DNA of 64,000 bases, taken from assembly GCA_007118975.1 (NCBI GenBank), contig SKQO01000036.1:28413-92412 (forward strand). Direction: 5' to 3'. Under the pieces are notes generated by a model. That model was not told the DNA's origin. It worked only from the letters and a program-made list of their open reading frames with translations, and ran no database searches. Both the position numbers and the translations under genes were made by a program. Positions 37,576-46,113 of the stretch are shown here, in pieces (position 1 is the stretch's first letter; every line of letters starts with the position of its first letter). This stretch comes from Halobacteriales archaeon. Lineage in GTDB: Archaea; Halobacteriota; Halobacteria; Halobacteriales; SKNY01.

Positions 37576-39186
37576 TCATTCCTTGGTCGCCACCGTTACG
37601 TTCGTCGCCTCGTGTCGAGCAGTGATGCGATCGTTCTCGCGGACGAGCTCTAGCTTGCCGACAGCTGTTCGTTCATCCTCTTCGAGCATGGCCACAGGTT
37701 GGGTTGCCCCATCCGGCCCCACCACGAGCAGTTCGAACTCCCCGTCAGTCACGGCGACCCCGACGGCATAGCCAGCGATTCGGGGCGACCCGACGCGATC
37801 ATCCGCTGCAAACGAAGTGTAATCAGTTCCATCGTGTTCGAGGCGAACGCGATAGACGGTATCGTTCCCGACCGGCCTCCACCCGTCGCGTTTGACTCCG
37901 ATCTCGTTCCGCCAACCGATCCCGCCGATGGTCACCGCGTCTTCACCCTCGATCGCGAGCTCCTGGCTCGATACCTGACGGGTCTGCATCTCTTGGCGTT
38001 CGTTGATGACGATGACGCCGTCGGTCGTCGTGCGGCGTTCGTCCACGAACCAGGACACGGCGGGCGTCGTCCACCGCATCTCCACATCCACTCCGTAGTA
38101 CACTGTGTACCCGCCATCGGTGACTGCCGCATCGGGCGGTTCGTGGTCGGCCACCGTGTAGAGGTTCAGCGGTACTGCGGCGACGACCATGGTGAGCAGC
38201 GGGAGGCACACGAGACAGATCATCACGTGTCGCGGTGTGATCGACAGGCCCAACTCCTCATTCCCCGCATGCGCCGCCGCGGTTAACCCGATTGACAGGA
38301 GGAACACGCCCGTGACTCCGAGGGCCCGGTGCAGAACAAAAGTATCGTCGCCGACGCCACCCCAGATGGCCCAGAGTCCCATCGACGAGCCAGTTATCAC
38401 GATCCCGAGCCAGAGCCGCCACGGCGCTGGCGGCGATACTGGCCGGCGGTAGAGAAGCCAGAGACCGATCGTCGCCCCGATGAGAAAGCCGAAGGCGTGA
38501 CCCTGCGCCGCGATCCCTACCCATCCGGGCGGATCGAGCGTCCGTTCGACCTGCCAGACCACGGTGGGATGGGCCAGTGCACGGGCAACGAGCCCCACGA
38601 CGCCCTGAAAGGCAAGCAGCACGACCGTCGCAATCGGGAACCGAACGACCGTGAACCCGGCGAGGGCGAACACCACGCCGGAAAACCCGATGACCGGGCT
38701 CCACGCGAACAGAACAGACACGAGCGCGACGACGACCGCTGCGAGCGGAAAACACACCAGTGCACGGATCCAGGGATCGCGGGGGCGATCCACCTCTGCA
38801 ACGGGATAGTGCCCCCATACGTACTCCGCGAGCGACCCGAGCAACAACAGCCCGAGGAGGTTCGAAAGCAGGTGGCCGGGCGTCGCGTGGGCGAAGCCGG
38901 CCGTCAGGTGACCGGCCGGATACAGGTACGACCAGGCCGTGAATGGGAACGTAACGGGTGCGTCCCAGTGGGACCATCCCTGCTGGACGAACAGATAAAA
39001 GACGAGCAACGATACCACGAGCACCAGTGTCCCCCACGGGATGCCGAAGATGAGCCGATGGTGTATTCGATTGAGCGGCCGGGCGTCCCGCCGCCCGAGC
39101 CACGTCACTGCCAGCAAGGAGACGATCACCGCCACGACGACGAGCGTCGGCAAGAGGGGCGGGAGATACGCGACGAACCGCTCCAT
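37576..39186 (-). CDS. rhomboid family intramembrane serine protease with ~200-aa C-terminal soluble domain
   Basis: HxxxN (PGHLLSNLLG), catalytic GFSGVVFALAG, distal His (AAQGHAFGFLIG), multiple TM helices. After the last TM there is a beta-rich acidic domain (YTVYYGVDVEMRW...VRLEHDGTDYTSF...) with no recognised family. Confidence 0.8.
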   Translation of the reverse strand: MERFVAYLPPLLPTLVVVAVIVSLLAVTWLGRRDARPLNRIHHRLIFGIPWGTLVLVVSLLVFYLFVQQGWSHWDAPVTFPFTAWSYLYPAGHLTAGFAHATPGHLLSNLLGLLLLGSLAEYVWGHYPVAEVDRPRDPWIRALVCFPLAAVVVALVSVLFAWSPVIGFSGVVFALAGFTVVRFPIATVVLLAFQGVVGLVARALAHPTVVWQVERTLDPPGWVGIAAQGHAFGFLIGATIGLWLLYRRPVSPPAPWRLWLGIVITGSSMGLWAIWGGVGDDTFVLHRALGVTGVFLLSIGLTAAAHAGNEELGLSITPRHVMICLVCLPLLTMVVAAVPLNLYTVADHEPPDAAVTDGGYTVYYGVDVEMRWTTPAVSWFVDERRTTTDGVIVINERQEMQTRQVSSQELAIEGEDAVTIGGIGWRNEIGVKRDGWRPVGNDTVYRVRLEHDGTDYTSFAADDRVGSPRIAGYAVGVAVTDGEFELLVVGPDGATQPVAMLEEDERTAVGKLELVRENDRITARHEATNVTVATKE

Positions 39187-39274
39187 ACCGAGCGGTGCCG
39201 CTCGCGGTAGTTAGCTGGTCGCATTTCCGTCGACCTGTCGGAACCCTTAACCACCTCACACGGCCAGAAACGGT

Positions 39275-39559
39275 ATGGAGCTCCGGGTCATCACGAAAAC
39301 CGACGACGAACTTCGCCTCGAAATCGGCGGAGAGGATCACACCTTCCTCAACGTGCTCAAGCGCGCTCTGCTCGATACCGAGGGCGTGAGCACCGCCATG
39401 TACGACATGAATCCGGAACAGTCCGGTGGCCAGACCGATCCGGTGTTGACAGTACAGACCGAAGCAGGTGTCGACCCACTGGACGCCCTCGCCGAGGCCA
39501 GCCGCGCGATCCAGGAGACGACCGACGAGTTTCAGGACGCCTTCCAGGCGGCCGCCTGA
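39275..39559 (+). CDS. rpoL: DNA-directed RNA polymerase subunit L (Rpo11)
   Basis: MELRVITKTDDELRLEIGGEDHTFLNVLKRALLDTEGVSTAMYDM...P.L.V is the RpoL pattern. 94 aa. Confidence 0.9.
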   Translation: MELRVITKTDDELRLEIGGEDHTFLNVLKRALLDTEGVSTAMYDMNPEQSGGQTDPVLTVQTEAGVDPLDALAEASRAIQETTDEFQDAFQAAA

Positions 39560-39662
39560 TCCTACAGTTTCACTTTCGTCGCGGTTCGCTGGCTGCCGTT
39601 TTTTCCGTTCCGCCGTCCGTTTCTCGTATGGTACAATCGTTTCCGAGCGGGAGGGGTGGCTG

Positions 39663-39905
39663 ATGGGGCGGACGAACCCCACTTACCGTCGCTGGCTGGA
39701 GCGCTACGAGACCGACTGGCAGCCGTTCCGACGGTCGCTCCGCGAGGAACACCAGGCCGATTTCGACCGGCTGTTCGACCGGGCCGCCGAACACGCCTCC
39801 GCTGCCGGATTGCAGAATGCCCCCGACCCCCGGATGGCGCTGTTGCTCTCGATTCTGCTCTCCCAGGAGCGGGCACTCCGCCACTTGCAGTCGACCCCCG
39901 AGTGA
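39663..39905 (+). CDS. conserved hypothetical protein (80 aa), translationally coupled to polB2
   Basis: MGRTNPTYRRWLERYETDWQPFRRSLREEHQADFDRLFDRAAEHASAAGLQNAPDPRMALLLSILLSQERALRHLQSTPE. Predicted helical. Its TGA overlaps the polymerase ATG (gTGATGg at 39903-39907). Confidence 0.55.
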   Translation: MGRTNPTYRRWLERYETDWQPFRRSLREEHQADFDRLFDRAAEHASAAGLQNAPDPRMALLLSILLSQERALRHLQSTPE

Positions 39906-42025
39906 TGGCCGCCTTCAAGATCGATTTCTACCCCGACGGCGTGCTAGAGTGGCGCCGCACCGCGTCGGGCGTCCAGCGCAGACAGGTGCCCACCTATTCG
40001 CGCACGTGTTATCTGGCAGGACCACGCGATGCCCGCGAGGATGCGGAAGCCTGGCTGGAAGCCGCGGATGCAGTCGAGGATATCCGGGAGACGCGAATGT
40101 ACCGCGACCTCCGCGCGGACACGCGGGAACCGGTCCTCGCCGTCGAAATCCGGCCGACGGTCGATCCGCAGTCCGTGGCTCGCCGGTGCAGACAGGCCAT
40201 CGAGCACGACGCCCATGCCCCCGGCACGCTCCAGTGGTACAACGTCGACCTCGCTCCGCAGTTTCGCTACTGTCTGGAGACCGGCACCGATCCGGCACCC
40301 GACGATCCGTCCGCTCTCTCGACACTTTCGGTGACGCTGGACGAAAAGGCGATCGCGGATCGCGACGTCAGCGACGCAACGATCGACGGCGACCACGTCG
40401 ACGGCGGCGAAGAAGCAGTCCTGGAGACGCTGGTGACCGCCCTGAAACGACACGATCCCGATGTCCTCGTCATCAACGCCGCATCCTTGATTCCGCTGCT
40501 GGCCGAACGCGCACTCGCCACCGGTATCGACCTAGAGCTGGGACGAGCGCCCGGCTGGGAGCGGCTTGCCGGCGAGAACACCTTCGAGAGCTACGGGCGG
40601 GTCGGTCACTCGGCGGCGCGGTACAATGTCCCCGGCCGGGTGATACTGGACACGTCGAACAGCTTTCTGTGGCCCGAATCAAGCCTGGCAGGATTGTTGT
40701 ATCTGGTCGAGCAGTCCCACAAACCCCTCCAGGAGACCGCCTGGGGGAGTATCGGTAACATCCTGACGTCCATCCAGATCCGCGAAGCCCACAAGCGAGA
40801 CGTCCTGGTTCCCTGGAACAAGTGGGAACCGGAGCTGTTCAAGGACGTTCCGACCTTGCACACCGCCGACCGGGGTGGGTTCATCATGGATCCAGCCGTC
40901 GGCTTCCACGAAGACGTCTACGAGCTCGATTTCTCCTCGCTGTACCCCGCCATCATGTGCGAGTATAACATCAGCCCAGATACGGTCCTGTGTACCTGCC
41001 ACGCCGACCGTGAGGACGTGCCGGCGATCGGTTATAACGTTTGTGACGACAGCGGATTCATCGCCGACGTTCTCCAGCCGTTGCTGAACCGCCGTGAAGC
41101 GGCAAAGTCGAAGATCGCGGCCGCCCCGGACGAGGACGCTTGTCGGGACGAGCGGGCAATTTCGGGTGCGATAAAATGGATCCTCGTCTCGTGTTTCGGC
41201 TACCAGGGCTATCGAAACTCGAAATTCGGACGGATCGAGTGCCACGAGGCGATCAACGCCGTCGCCCGTGACATCTTCCTTTCCTCGAAACGAACTCTGG
41301 AGGCGGGGGGCTGGCAGGTCGTGCACGGCATCGTCGACAGTATCTGGGTGACGCCGGCGTCTGAGTCCGCTCCGACGCCGCTCGACGGGCTGGCCGACCG
41401 TATCGGAACGGATGTCAACATTCCGCTGGAGTGCGAAGCACACTACGACTGGGTAGCCTTCGTCCCCCGCCGCGGGACCGACCGTGGTGCCCTGACGCGG
41501 TACATCGCGAAACGCGTGGATGGAGACGAGTGCAAACTTCGTGGGATCGAGGCCCGACAGCGCAGCACCTGTGCCTTCGTGGCCGAGGCCCAGCGAGACC
41601 TCATTGAGACGCTTGACCGCTCCCGGGACGCCGCGACCGTCGTCGATCGGGCGGAACGATACCATCGAGAGCTGGAGCAGCAAGCGGTCGATCCCCGGGA
41701 ACTGGTGATCACCCGGCGTGTCTCGAAGCCGAAGGACGCCTACACGCAGGCGACCCTGTCGGTGGCTGCCCTGGAGCGGGCCGAACGGCTCGGTATCACA
41801 AAAGGGCCGGGCCAGTCAGTCGAGTACGTTGTTGTCGATGACGGTGCTCGCACGTCGGGTCGCGTCCGTCTCGCCTTCGAAGAGATCGAAACCTACGACG
41901 CGGACTACTACGCCGAACGGTTGCTGCGCGCGACCGAAAGCGTCGTGTCACCGTTGGGGTGGGACCGCAACCGTCTCGACCGGTACCGCCGGGGGACGGC
42001 GAACACGACCCTGGCGGCCTTCTGA
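39905..42025 (+). CDS. polB: family B DNA polymerase, PolB2-like (degenerate motifs)
   Basis: Motif A YELDFSSLYPAIM. A motif B-like KWILVSCFGYQGY (the Asn of KxxxNSxYG is replaced). A motif C-like VVHGIVDSIWV (IVDS instead of DTDS). No convincing ExoI/II/III motifs in the N-terminal third. 706 aa from MAAFKIDFYPDG. Confidence 0.8.
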   Translation: MAAFKIDFYPDGVLEWRRTASGVQRRQVPTYSRTCYLAGPRDAREDAEAWLEAADAVEDIRETRMYRDLRADTREPVLAVEIRPTVDPQSVARRCRQAIEHDAHAPGTLQWYNVDLAPQFRYCLETGTDPAPDDPSALSTLSVTLDEKAIADRDVSDATIDGDHVDGGEEAVLETLVTALKRHDPDVLVINAASLIPLLAERALATGIDLELGRAPGWERLAGENTFESYGRVGHSAARYNVPGRVILDTSNSFLWPESSLAGLLYLVEQSHKPLQETAWGSIGNILTSIQIREAHKRDVLVPWNKWEPELFKDVPTLHTADRGGFIMDPAVGFHEDVYELDFSSLYPAIMCEYNISPDTVLCTCHADREDVPAIGYNVCDDSGFIADVLQPLLNRREAAKSKIAAAPDEDACRDERAISGAIKWILVSCFGYQGYRNSKFGRIECHEAINAVARDIFLSSKRTLEAGGWQVVHGIVDSIWVTPASESAPTPLDGLADRIGTDVNIPLECEAHYDWVAFVPRRGTDRGALTRYIAKRVDGDECKLRGIEARQRSTCAFVAEAQRDLIETLDRSRDAATVVDRAERYHRELEQQAVDPRELVITRRVSKPKDAYTQATLSVAALERAERLGITKGPGQSVEYVVVDDGARTSGRVRLAFEEIETYDADYYAERLLRATESVVSPLGWDRNRLDRYRRGTANTTLAAF

Positions 42026-42073
42026 ACGGAACGGCGCGTTTAACACGGACGGCCGGGAGGGACGTGCACGGAA

Positions 42074-42445
42074 ATGGCATCGACGCCAGTGGTGATCGGC
42101 GTGGCGTTGTTCGGCGCACTCGCGCAGGTCGTGGTGACGATTCTGTTTTACCAGCCGCCACCGGGGCCGAAGCGTCCCCAGTATCCCGTGCTCGAAGCCG
42201 GATTGTTTGGCGTAACGTTCCTGCTCGTGTATCTCGCGATCGGGTTCGGATTGCGTGCCCTCGAAGGGCTGTGGCCACCGTTCACGGGCTATCTGTTGAT
42301 CGGGGTGAGTCTGTTCGGCATGTTCGTCGCGGGGTCGATCGTCGCGGGACGAATGGGATCGGATGCGGGGCCGGCCGTCCGCGGGATGAGCCTGGTGACG
42401 ACCGTAATGGTGTGGCTGTACCCGCTGGTGATCCTGTTGCTGTAG
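42074..42445 (+). CDS. integral membrane protein (4 predicted TM helices)
   Basis: Hydrophobic 123-aa ORF (VVIGVALFGALAQVVVTILF..., LFGVTFLLVYLAIGF..., YLLIGVSLFGMFVAGSIV..., VTTVMVWLYPLVILLL). Confidence 0.65.
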   Translation: MASTPVVIGVALFGALAQVVVTILFYQPPPGPKRPQYPVLEAGLFGVTFLLVYLAIGFGLRALEGLWPPFTGYLLIGVSLFGMFVAGSIVAGRMGSDAGPAVRGMSLVTTVMVWLYPLVILLL

Positions 42446-42484
42446 CTCCGCACCCAAGAAGAGAGACGGACCACGAGCCGGCCG

Positions 42485-42868
42485 TTACCCGATGAAACCC
42501 TGAAGCACCCATCCGCCCTCCTCGTCCGGCTCGTCGGTCTGGATCGTCGCCGGCGCGCTCACCAGGACGAACGCACTCTCCTCATCGCCGTTCCTGATCT
42601 GACGGTTCGACTCTGGGGGAATCCAGATGGCGTCCCCGGGGGCCATCTCGACAGGGTCGTCGTCGACGACCACCGTCGCCCCACCTTCGATGAGAACGTA
42701 CACCTCTTCGTGTCGATTGTCGGTGTGGTCGTGTTCGAGTCCCCGCCATCCTGGTTTACAACGCACGATCGTCACGCCCAATTGTTCGCTGTCGAGGGGT
42801 TCCCGCAGGAAATGCATCGCGTCGGCGACGGGGTCGACGTTTTCGTAGTTGACCTTTCGATAACTCAT
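42485..42868 (-). CDS. cupin domain-containing protein
   Basis: G..W.GLEHDHTDNRHEEVYVLIEG...PGDAIWIPP matches the two-motif cupin signature (G(x)5HxH(x)3-4E ... PG(x)2H/W). Confidence 0.85.
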   Translation of the reverse strand: MSYRKVNYENVDPVADAMHFLREPLDSEQLGVTIVRCKPGWRGLEHDHTDNRHEEVYVLIEGGATVVVDDDPVEMAPGDAIWIPPESNRQIRNGDEESAFVLVSAPATIQTDEPDEEGGWVLQGFIG

Positions 42869-43089
42869 TGGCGGCGATACGGGGGGTGGACGCTAAATGT
42901 TTGCCACGAACGGGACAGCCCTGTTGCCTGACGATCGGACCGGATTCATGGGGACGAGCGTGGCCAGCGCAACCGACCCAGGTGTTTGGTCCAACTGGTG
43001 AGGATCAGCGAACGATGAGTGTCACCGGGGCACGAATGATGCAAGAGGCTTTGGTCGTTCGACCCAATGTATCTACCAACTCCCTGAGG

Positions 43090-44187
43090 ATGTCGAACGA
43101 GACCCAGACGCGGCGACGGTTTCTGCAAGCCACGGGAATGACGGCAGTAACTGTCGGCACAGCGGGGTGTGTGGCGCTCGAGGCACCCGCCGAGGGTGGG
43201 GAGAATCCGGCAGGTATCACGGTCGATACAGGCGGAGAATCCGACCAGCTCGTGCAACTGTACGAGTCGGTGGCACCGGCCCTGGTGGAACTATCGGTCG
43301 AGACGGAGTTCGCAGAAGGTGGCGGATCGGGTTTTCTGGTGGACGAGGAGACCATCGTAACGAACGCGCATGTCGTCATGGATGTGCCGTCCGTGGACAT
43401 CAGGTACCAGAACTTGGAGTGGGGGGAAGGGTCGGTCGTCGAGTCCGATATTTACAGCGACCTCGCAGTAATCGAACCGGCGAATCCGCCGGAGGACGTA
43501 ACCCTCTCGTTGAGCGACGAGTTGCCGACCGTGGGTGAGCAGGTCATGGCCATCGGAGCGCCGCTCGGATTTGAGGGATCAGCGAGTACCGGCATCGTCA
43601 GCGGCGTCAACCGGACCCTCCCAAGTCCGACTGGATTTGCGATCCCGGCGGCGATTCAAACCGACGCCGCCATCAATCCGGGGAGCAGCGGCGGGCCGCT
43701 CGTCCGAATGGATGGTTCGGTTACCGGCGTTGTTTTCGCCGGGGCCGGAGAGAACGTCGGGCTTGCTATTTCCGCAAAACTGGCACGCCGTGTCGTCCCA
43801 ACGCTTGCTGCGGGTGATACCTACGAACATGGATACATCGGCATCGAACACCGGGATGTGAGCCCGGATATCGCGACGGCACACGATCTCGATCCACCGC
43901 GCGGTATCTACGTCGCAAATGTACTCGACGAGACCCCTGCCGAAGGAGTGCTTCGTGGCGGGGTCGAGGACGCCACGATCGACGGCCAACCGCTCCAGAT
44001 TGGCGGCGACATCATCCTGGCGGTCGACGGGGAGGAAACCCCCACGGGGGATCACTTCGCATCATACATGTCTCTCGAGACATCCCCGGGTGACCGGGTG
44101 ACGTTCGACATCCACCGGGGCGGCGAGCGTGAAACGGTCGACCTCGAGCTCGCCACGAGACCGGAGGAGATCCAGCCCCCCAGGTAA
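43090..44187 (+). CDS. secreted trypsin-like serine protease (HtrA/DegP family, S1C) with PDZ domain and Tat signal
   Basis: Twin-arginine signal MSNETQTRRRFLQATG...GTAGC (lipobox-like). Catalytic TNAHVV, DLAVIE, NPGSSGGPL. C-terminal PDZ-like region. The upstream 74 codons of the track ORF are non-coding-like. Confidence 0.85.
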   Translation: MSNETQTRRRFLQATGMTAVTVGTAGCVALEAPAEGGENPAGITVDTGGESDQLVQLYESVAPALVELSVETEFAEGGGSGFLVDEETIVTNAHVVMDVPSVDIRYQNLEWGEGSVVESDIYSDLAVIEPANPPEDVTLSLSDELPTVGEQVMAIGAPLGFEGSASTGIVSGVNRTLPSPTGFAIPAAIQTDAAINPGSSGGPLVRMDGSVTGVVFAGAGENVGLAISAKLARRVVPTLAAGDTYEHGYIGIEHRDVSPDIATAHDLDPPRGIYVANVLDETPAEGVLRGGVEDATIDGQPLQIGGDIILAVDGEETPTGDHFASYMSLETSPGDRVTFDIHRGGERETVDLELATRPEEIQPPR

Positions 44188-44260
44188 GGGGTGGGACGCT
44201 CGAGCCGGTGCGCTTAGGGTTGACGCCACGAATTGAACGGACAGCCGGAGGTGTGTACGG

Positions 44261-44761
44261 ATGGACGAAGCGGGGGACGTATCTATCGGCATTCCGACAA
44301 TGAGCGACCTGGAAGCGCTGGTAGAACTCTGGTCACAGCTCGTGACGAGCCAACGCGTCTACGGCTCGGATCTCGATCCGGCGATCAACCGAGAAGCTGC
44401 TCGCCGCCATCTCATGGGGTTGTTGGTCGAAGAAGGAATCCGGGTGGCCGTCGTAACGGACGCGTTCGTCGGCTTCACGACCTTTTCGCTCCAACGGGAT
44501 GCGTTCGAGCGATCGGAACAGGTTGGAATCATCGAGAACCTCTACGTCGAGCCCGCATACCGAGGGCTCGGAATCGGGACACGACTGCTCGACCATGCGG
44601 AAAAGGCACTGGAAGCGCGCGGCGCCACCCTCGCACGACTTGAGGTACTGCCCGCGAATACCGCCGCGCAATCGTTTTATCGAGACCGGGGGTATCGACC
44701 CGAGCGGCTTCGATTCGAGAAACCGGTGGAAACCGACACATCCAATTCGGAGGGCCCCTAA
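44261..44761 (+). CDS. GNAT family N-acetyltransferase
   Basis: Acetyl-CoA binding motif LYVEPAYRGLGIGTRLLDHAE, ...ANTAAQSFYRDRGY. Confidence 0.85.
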   Translation: MDEAGDVSIGIPTMSDLEALVELWSQLVTSQRVYGSDLDPAINREAARRHLMGLLVEEGIRVAVVTDAFVGFTTFSLQRDAFERSEQVGIIENLYVEPAYRGLGIGTRLLDHAEKALEARGATLARLEVLPANTAAQSFYRDRGYRPERLRFEKPVETDTSNSEGP

Positions 44762-44774
44762 CGATCGAGTACGG

Positions 44775-44848
44775 GCCAGGGGAGCTTGGGTGGTTCAAGC
44801 ACCCGACTTGTAATCGGGAGTTCGTGGGTTCAAATCCCACCCCTGGCT
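44775..44848 (+). tRNA. tRNA-Thr (anticodon UGU)
   Basis: Hand-folded cloverleaf. Acceptor GCCAGGG/CCCTGGC, D-arm GCTT..AAGC, anticodon arm CCCGA-CTTGTAA-TCGGG, T-arm GTGGG-TTCAAAT-CCCAC, discriminator T. 74 nt, no encoded CCA. Confidence 0.9.
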
Positions 44849-45075
44849 CCTACCAATATTATGACAATATTGTATACTATCATGCAGTAACCCGTCTCTT
44901 TCACAGGTCGAGGCTGCCCGATCCAACATCCCAGGCGACTATCATGAACCGACCATTGGGGTCACCTGTTCCACTAATCTCGGCAAGCAGGAAATCGCAA
45001 CATGTCGCCGGGTACAGTTCGATCGATTAGACAGCGGTCACCGACCACTACGCTGAGACTCCTCAGGAGAAGTGA

Positions 45076-45718
45076 ACCGCGGTCGAGTGGAATCTGCAGC
45101 CGGCACAGCTACGCGAAAGAGAGACGCGGGATGCCTCCGGCCAAACCAGGTCATACCTCCAACAGCTCAAGATTTTCGAGGGCCAGGGCACCTCCGACGT
45201 ATTGGACGGGCGGATGCCTACGGACATCAAGGTACTCGTCCACACGTGACACTCATCGAACGCGACAAGTTTCTGTTCAGCTCACGAACGGTCGTGAGCT
45301 ATCGTTTCGGGTTTGGATCCCCCAAGGATTCCCACGCCCATTGTCGGCCTGGACATCGAGCGGAATGAACCCCCAGCGGTCCGCGAGACGTTGATTATTA
45401 GATCCCAAGCCCGTGGTTGCCAAGGGTCCAGCGGGATCACCGAGGAGTTACTCGAGCTTGGTCGCAGCAGCTCGGTACTCGTGGGCCTGCGCCATGACGA
45501 ATTGGCTGTCTTTTCGGCCCGTGCGGGTGGAGTCTCGATGCCGGACTGTTGCCGGCACCGAACAACGAACAGGCGAGGAAACCAGCGTCCGTCCGATCGG
45601 TTCGGGGCGTCGGTCCCCTCGAGACGTGAATCGTGACGAAAAGTTCCGAATTCTCGTGGTTACACCCGCCGTGGCTCAAGACCGCATTGCCCTGATGAAG
45701 GTAGCCAACACGTTTTGA
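45076..45718 (+). pseudogene. putative tyrosine-recombinase (integrase) relic, broken by in-frame stops and a frameshift
   Basis: One + frame reads ..TRSYLQQLKIFEGQGTSDVLDGRMPTDIKVLVHT* .. * ..IVGLDIERNEPPAVRETLIIR...SSSVLVGLRHDELAVFS.. (resembling the box I ..GLR..EL..L motif). A second frame continues ..RDVNRDEKFRILVVTPAVAQDRIALMKV. In-frame TGAs lie at 45247-45249 and 45295-45297. No box II (HxxR...Y) follows. Motif-level evidence only. Confidence 0.35.
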
Positions 45719-46113
45719 CCCAATATCATTGGCGTCTATTCCAATGTGATGTGCACAACTGACAATTCATCAATGCGTTTCTGGCTGCTTCCCGATTGAA
45801 ACGAGACAACTCATACAAACCACCGGATTGCAAAGTTGCGAGAGCAGACGATCAGTAGCAGTTCATACGATAAATTATATGACATATTCCGCCGTTGGAT
45901 GTTGTATCGCTTGAAGTGAAAATGATTAACATCACAGAGTACATAAGTTTACTAACAGTGACGACATCCACTCATCTCGGTCGCTGGCGTTGGCACTAAT
46001 TCTCCGTGAGTGGATAGTTTCGTGATTCGGGTCCGGTTGCGGTGCCCGTAAGCAATGCTCCCTGCACTCTTGCCGGGTATCGACTTGCCAACTGTTCCGA
46101 CCGAAACTCACCA

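Noticed and set aside
38258-39682. 474-aa ORF on the minus strand spanning the rhomboid gene and rpoL region
   Set aside because: Extremely Arg/Gly/Pro/Ser-rich with no motif. It overlaps the well-supported rhomboid gene in another frame and is antisense to rpoL. This is a typical shadow ORF of GC-rich DNA. The same reasoning applies to other long shadows (1017-1838 +, 31404-32417 +, 33683-34621 +, 40679-41683 -, 55808-56962 +, 60564-61319 +, 61918-62754 +).
45241-45275. Minus-strand reading KLVAFDECHVW resembling helicase motif II (DExH)
   Set aside because: It is an isolated 11-residue match flanked by stops, with no other helicase motifs. The same DNA is better explained by the plus-strand integrase-like frame. 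I treat it as coincidence.
45720-46040. AT-rich block as a replication origin (DUE plus ORB elements)
   Set aside because: No ORB-like TTCCAGTGGAAAC-type repeats could be seen, and no orc1/cdc6 gene is adjacent. Foreign-DNA remnant or promoter DNA is more likely.
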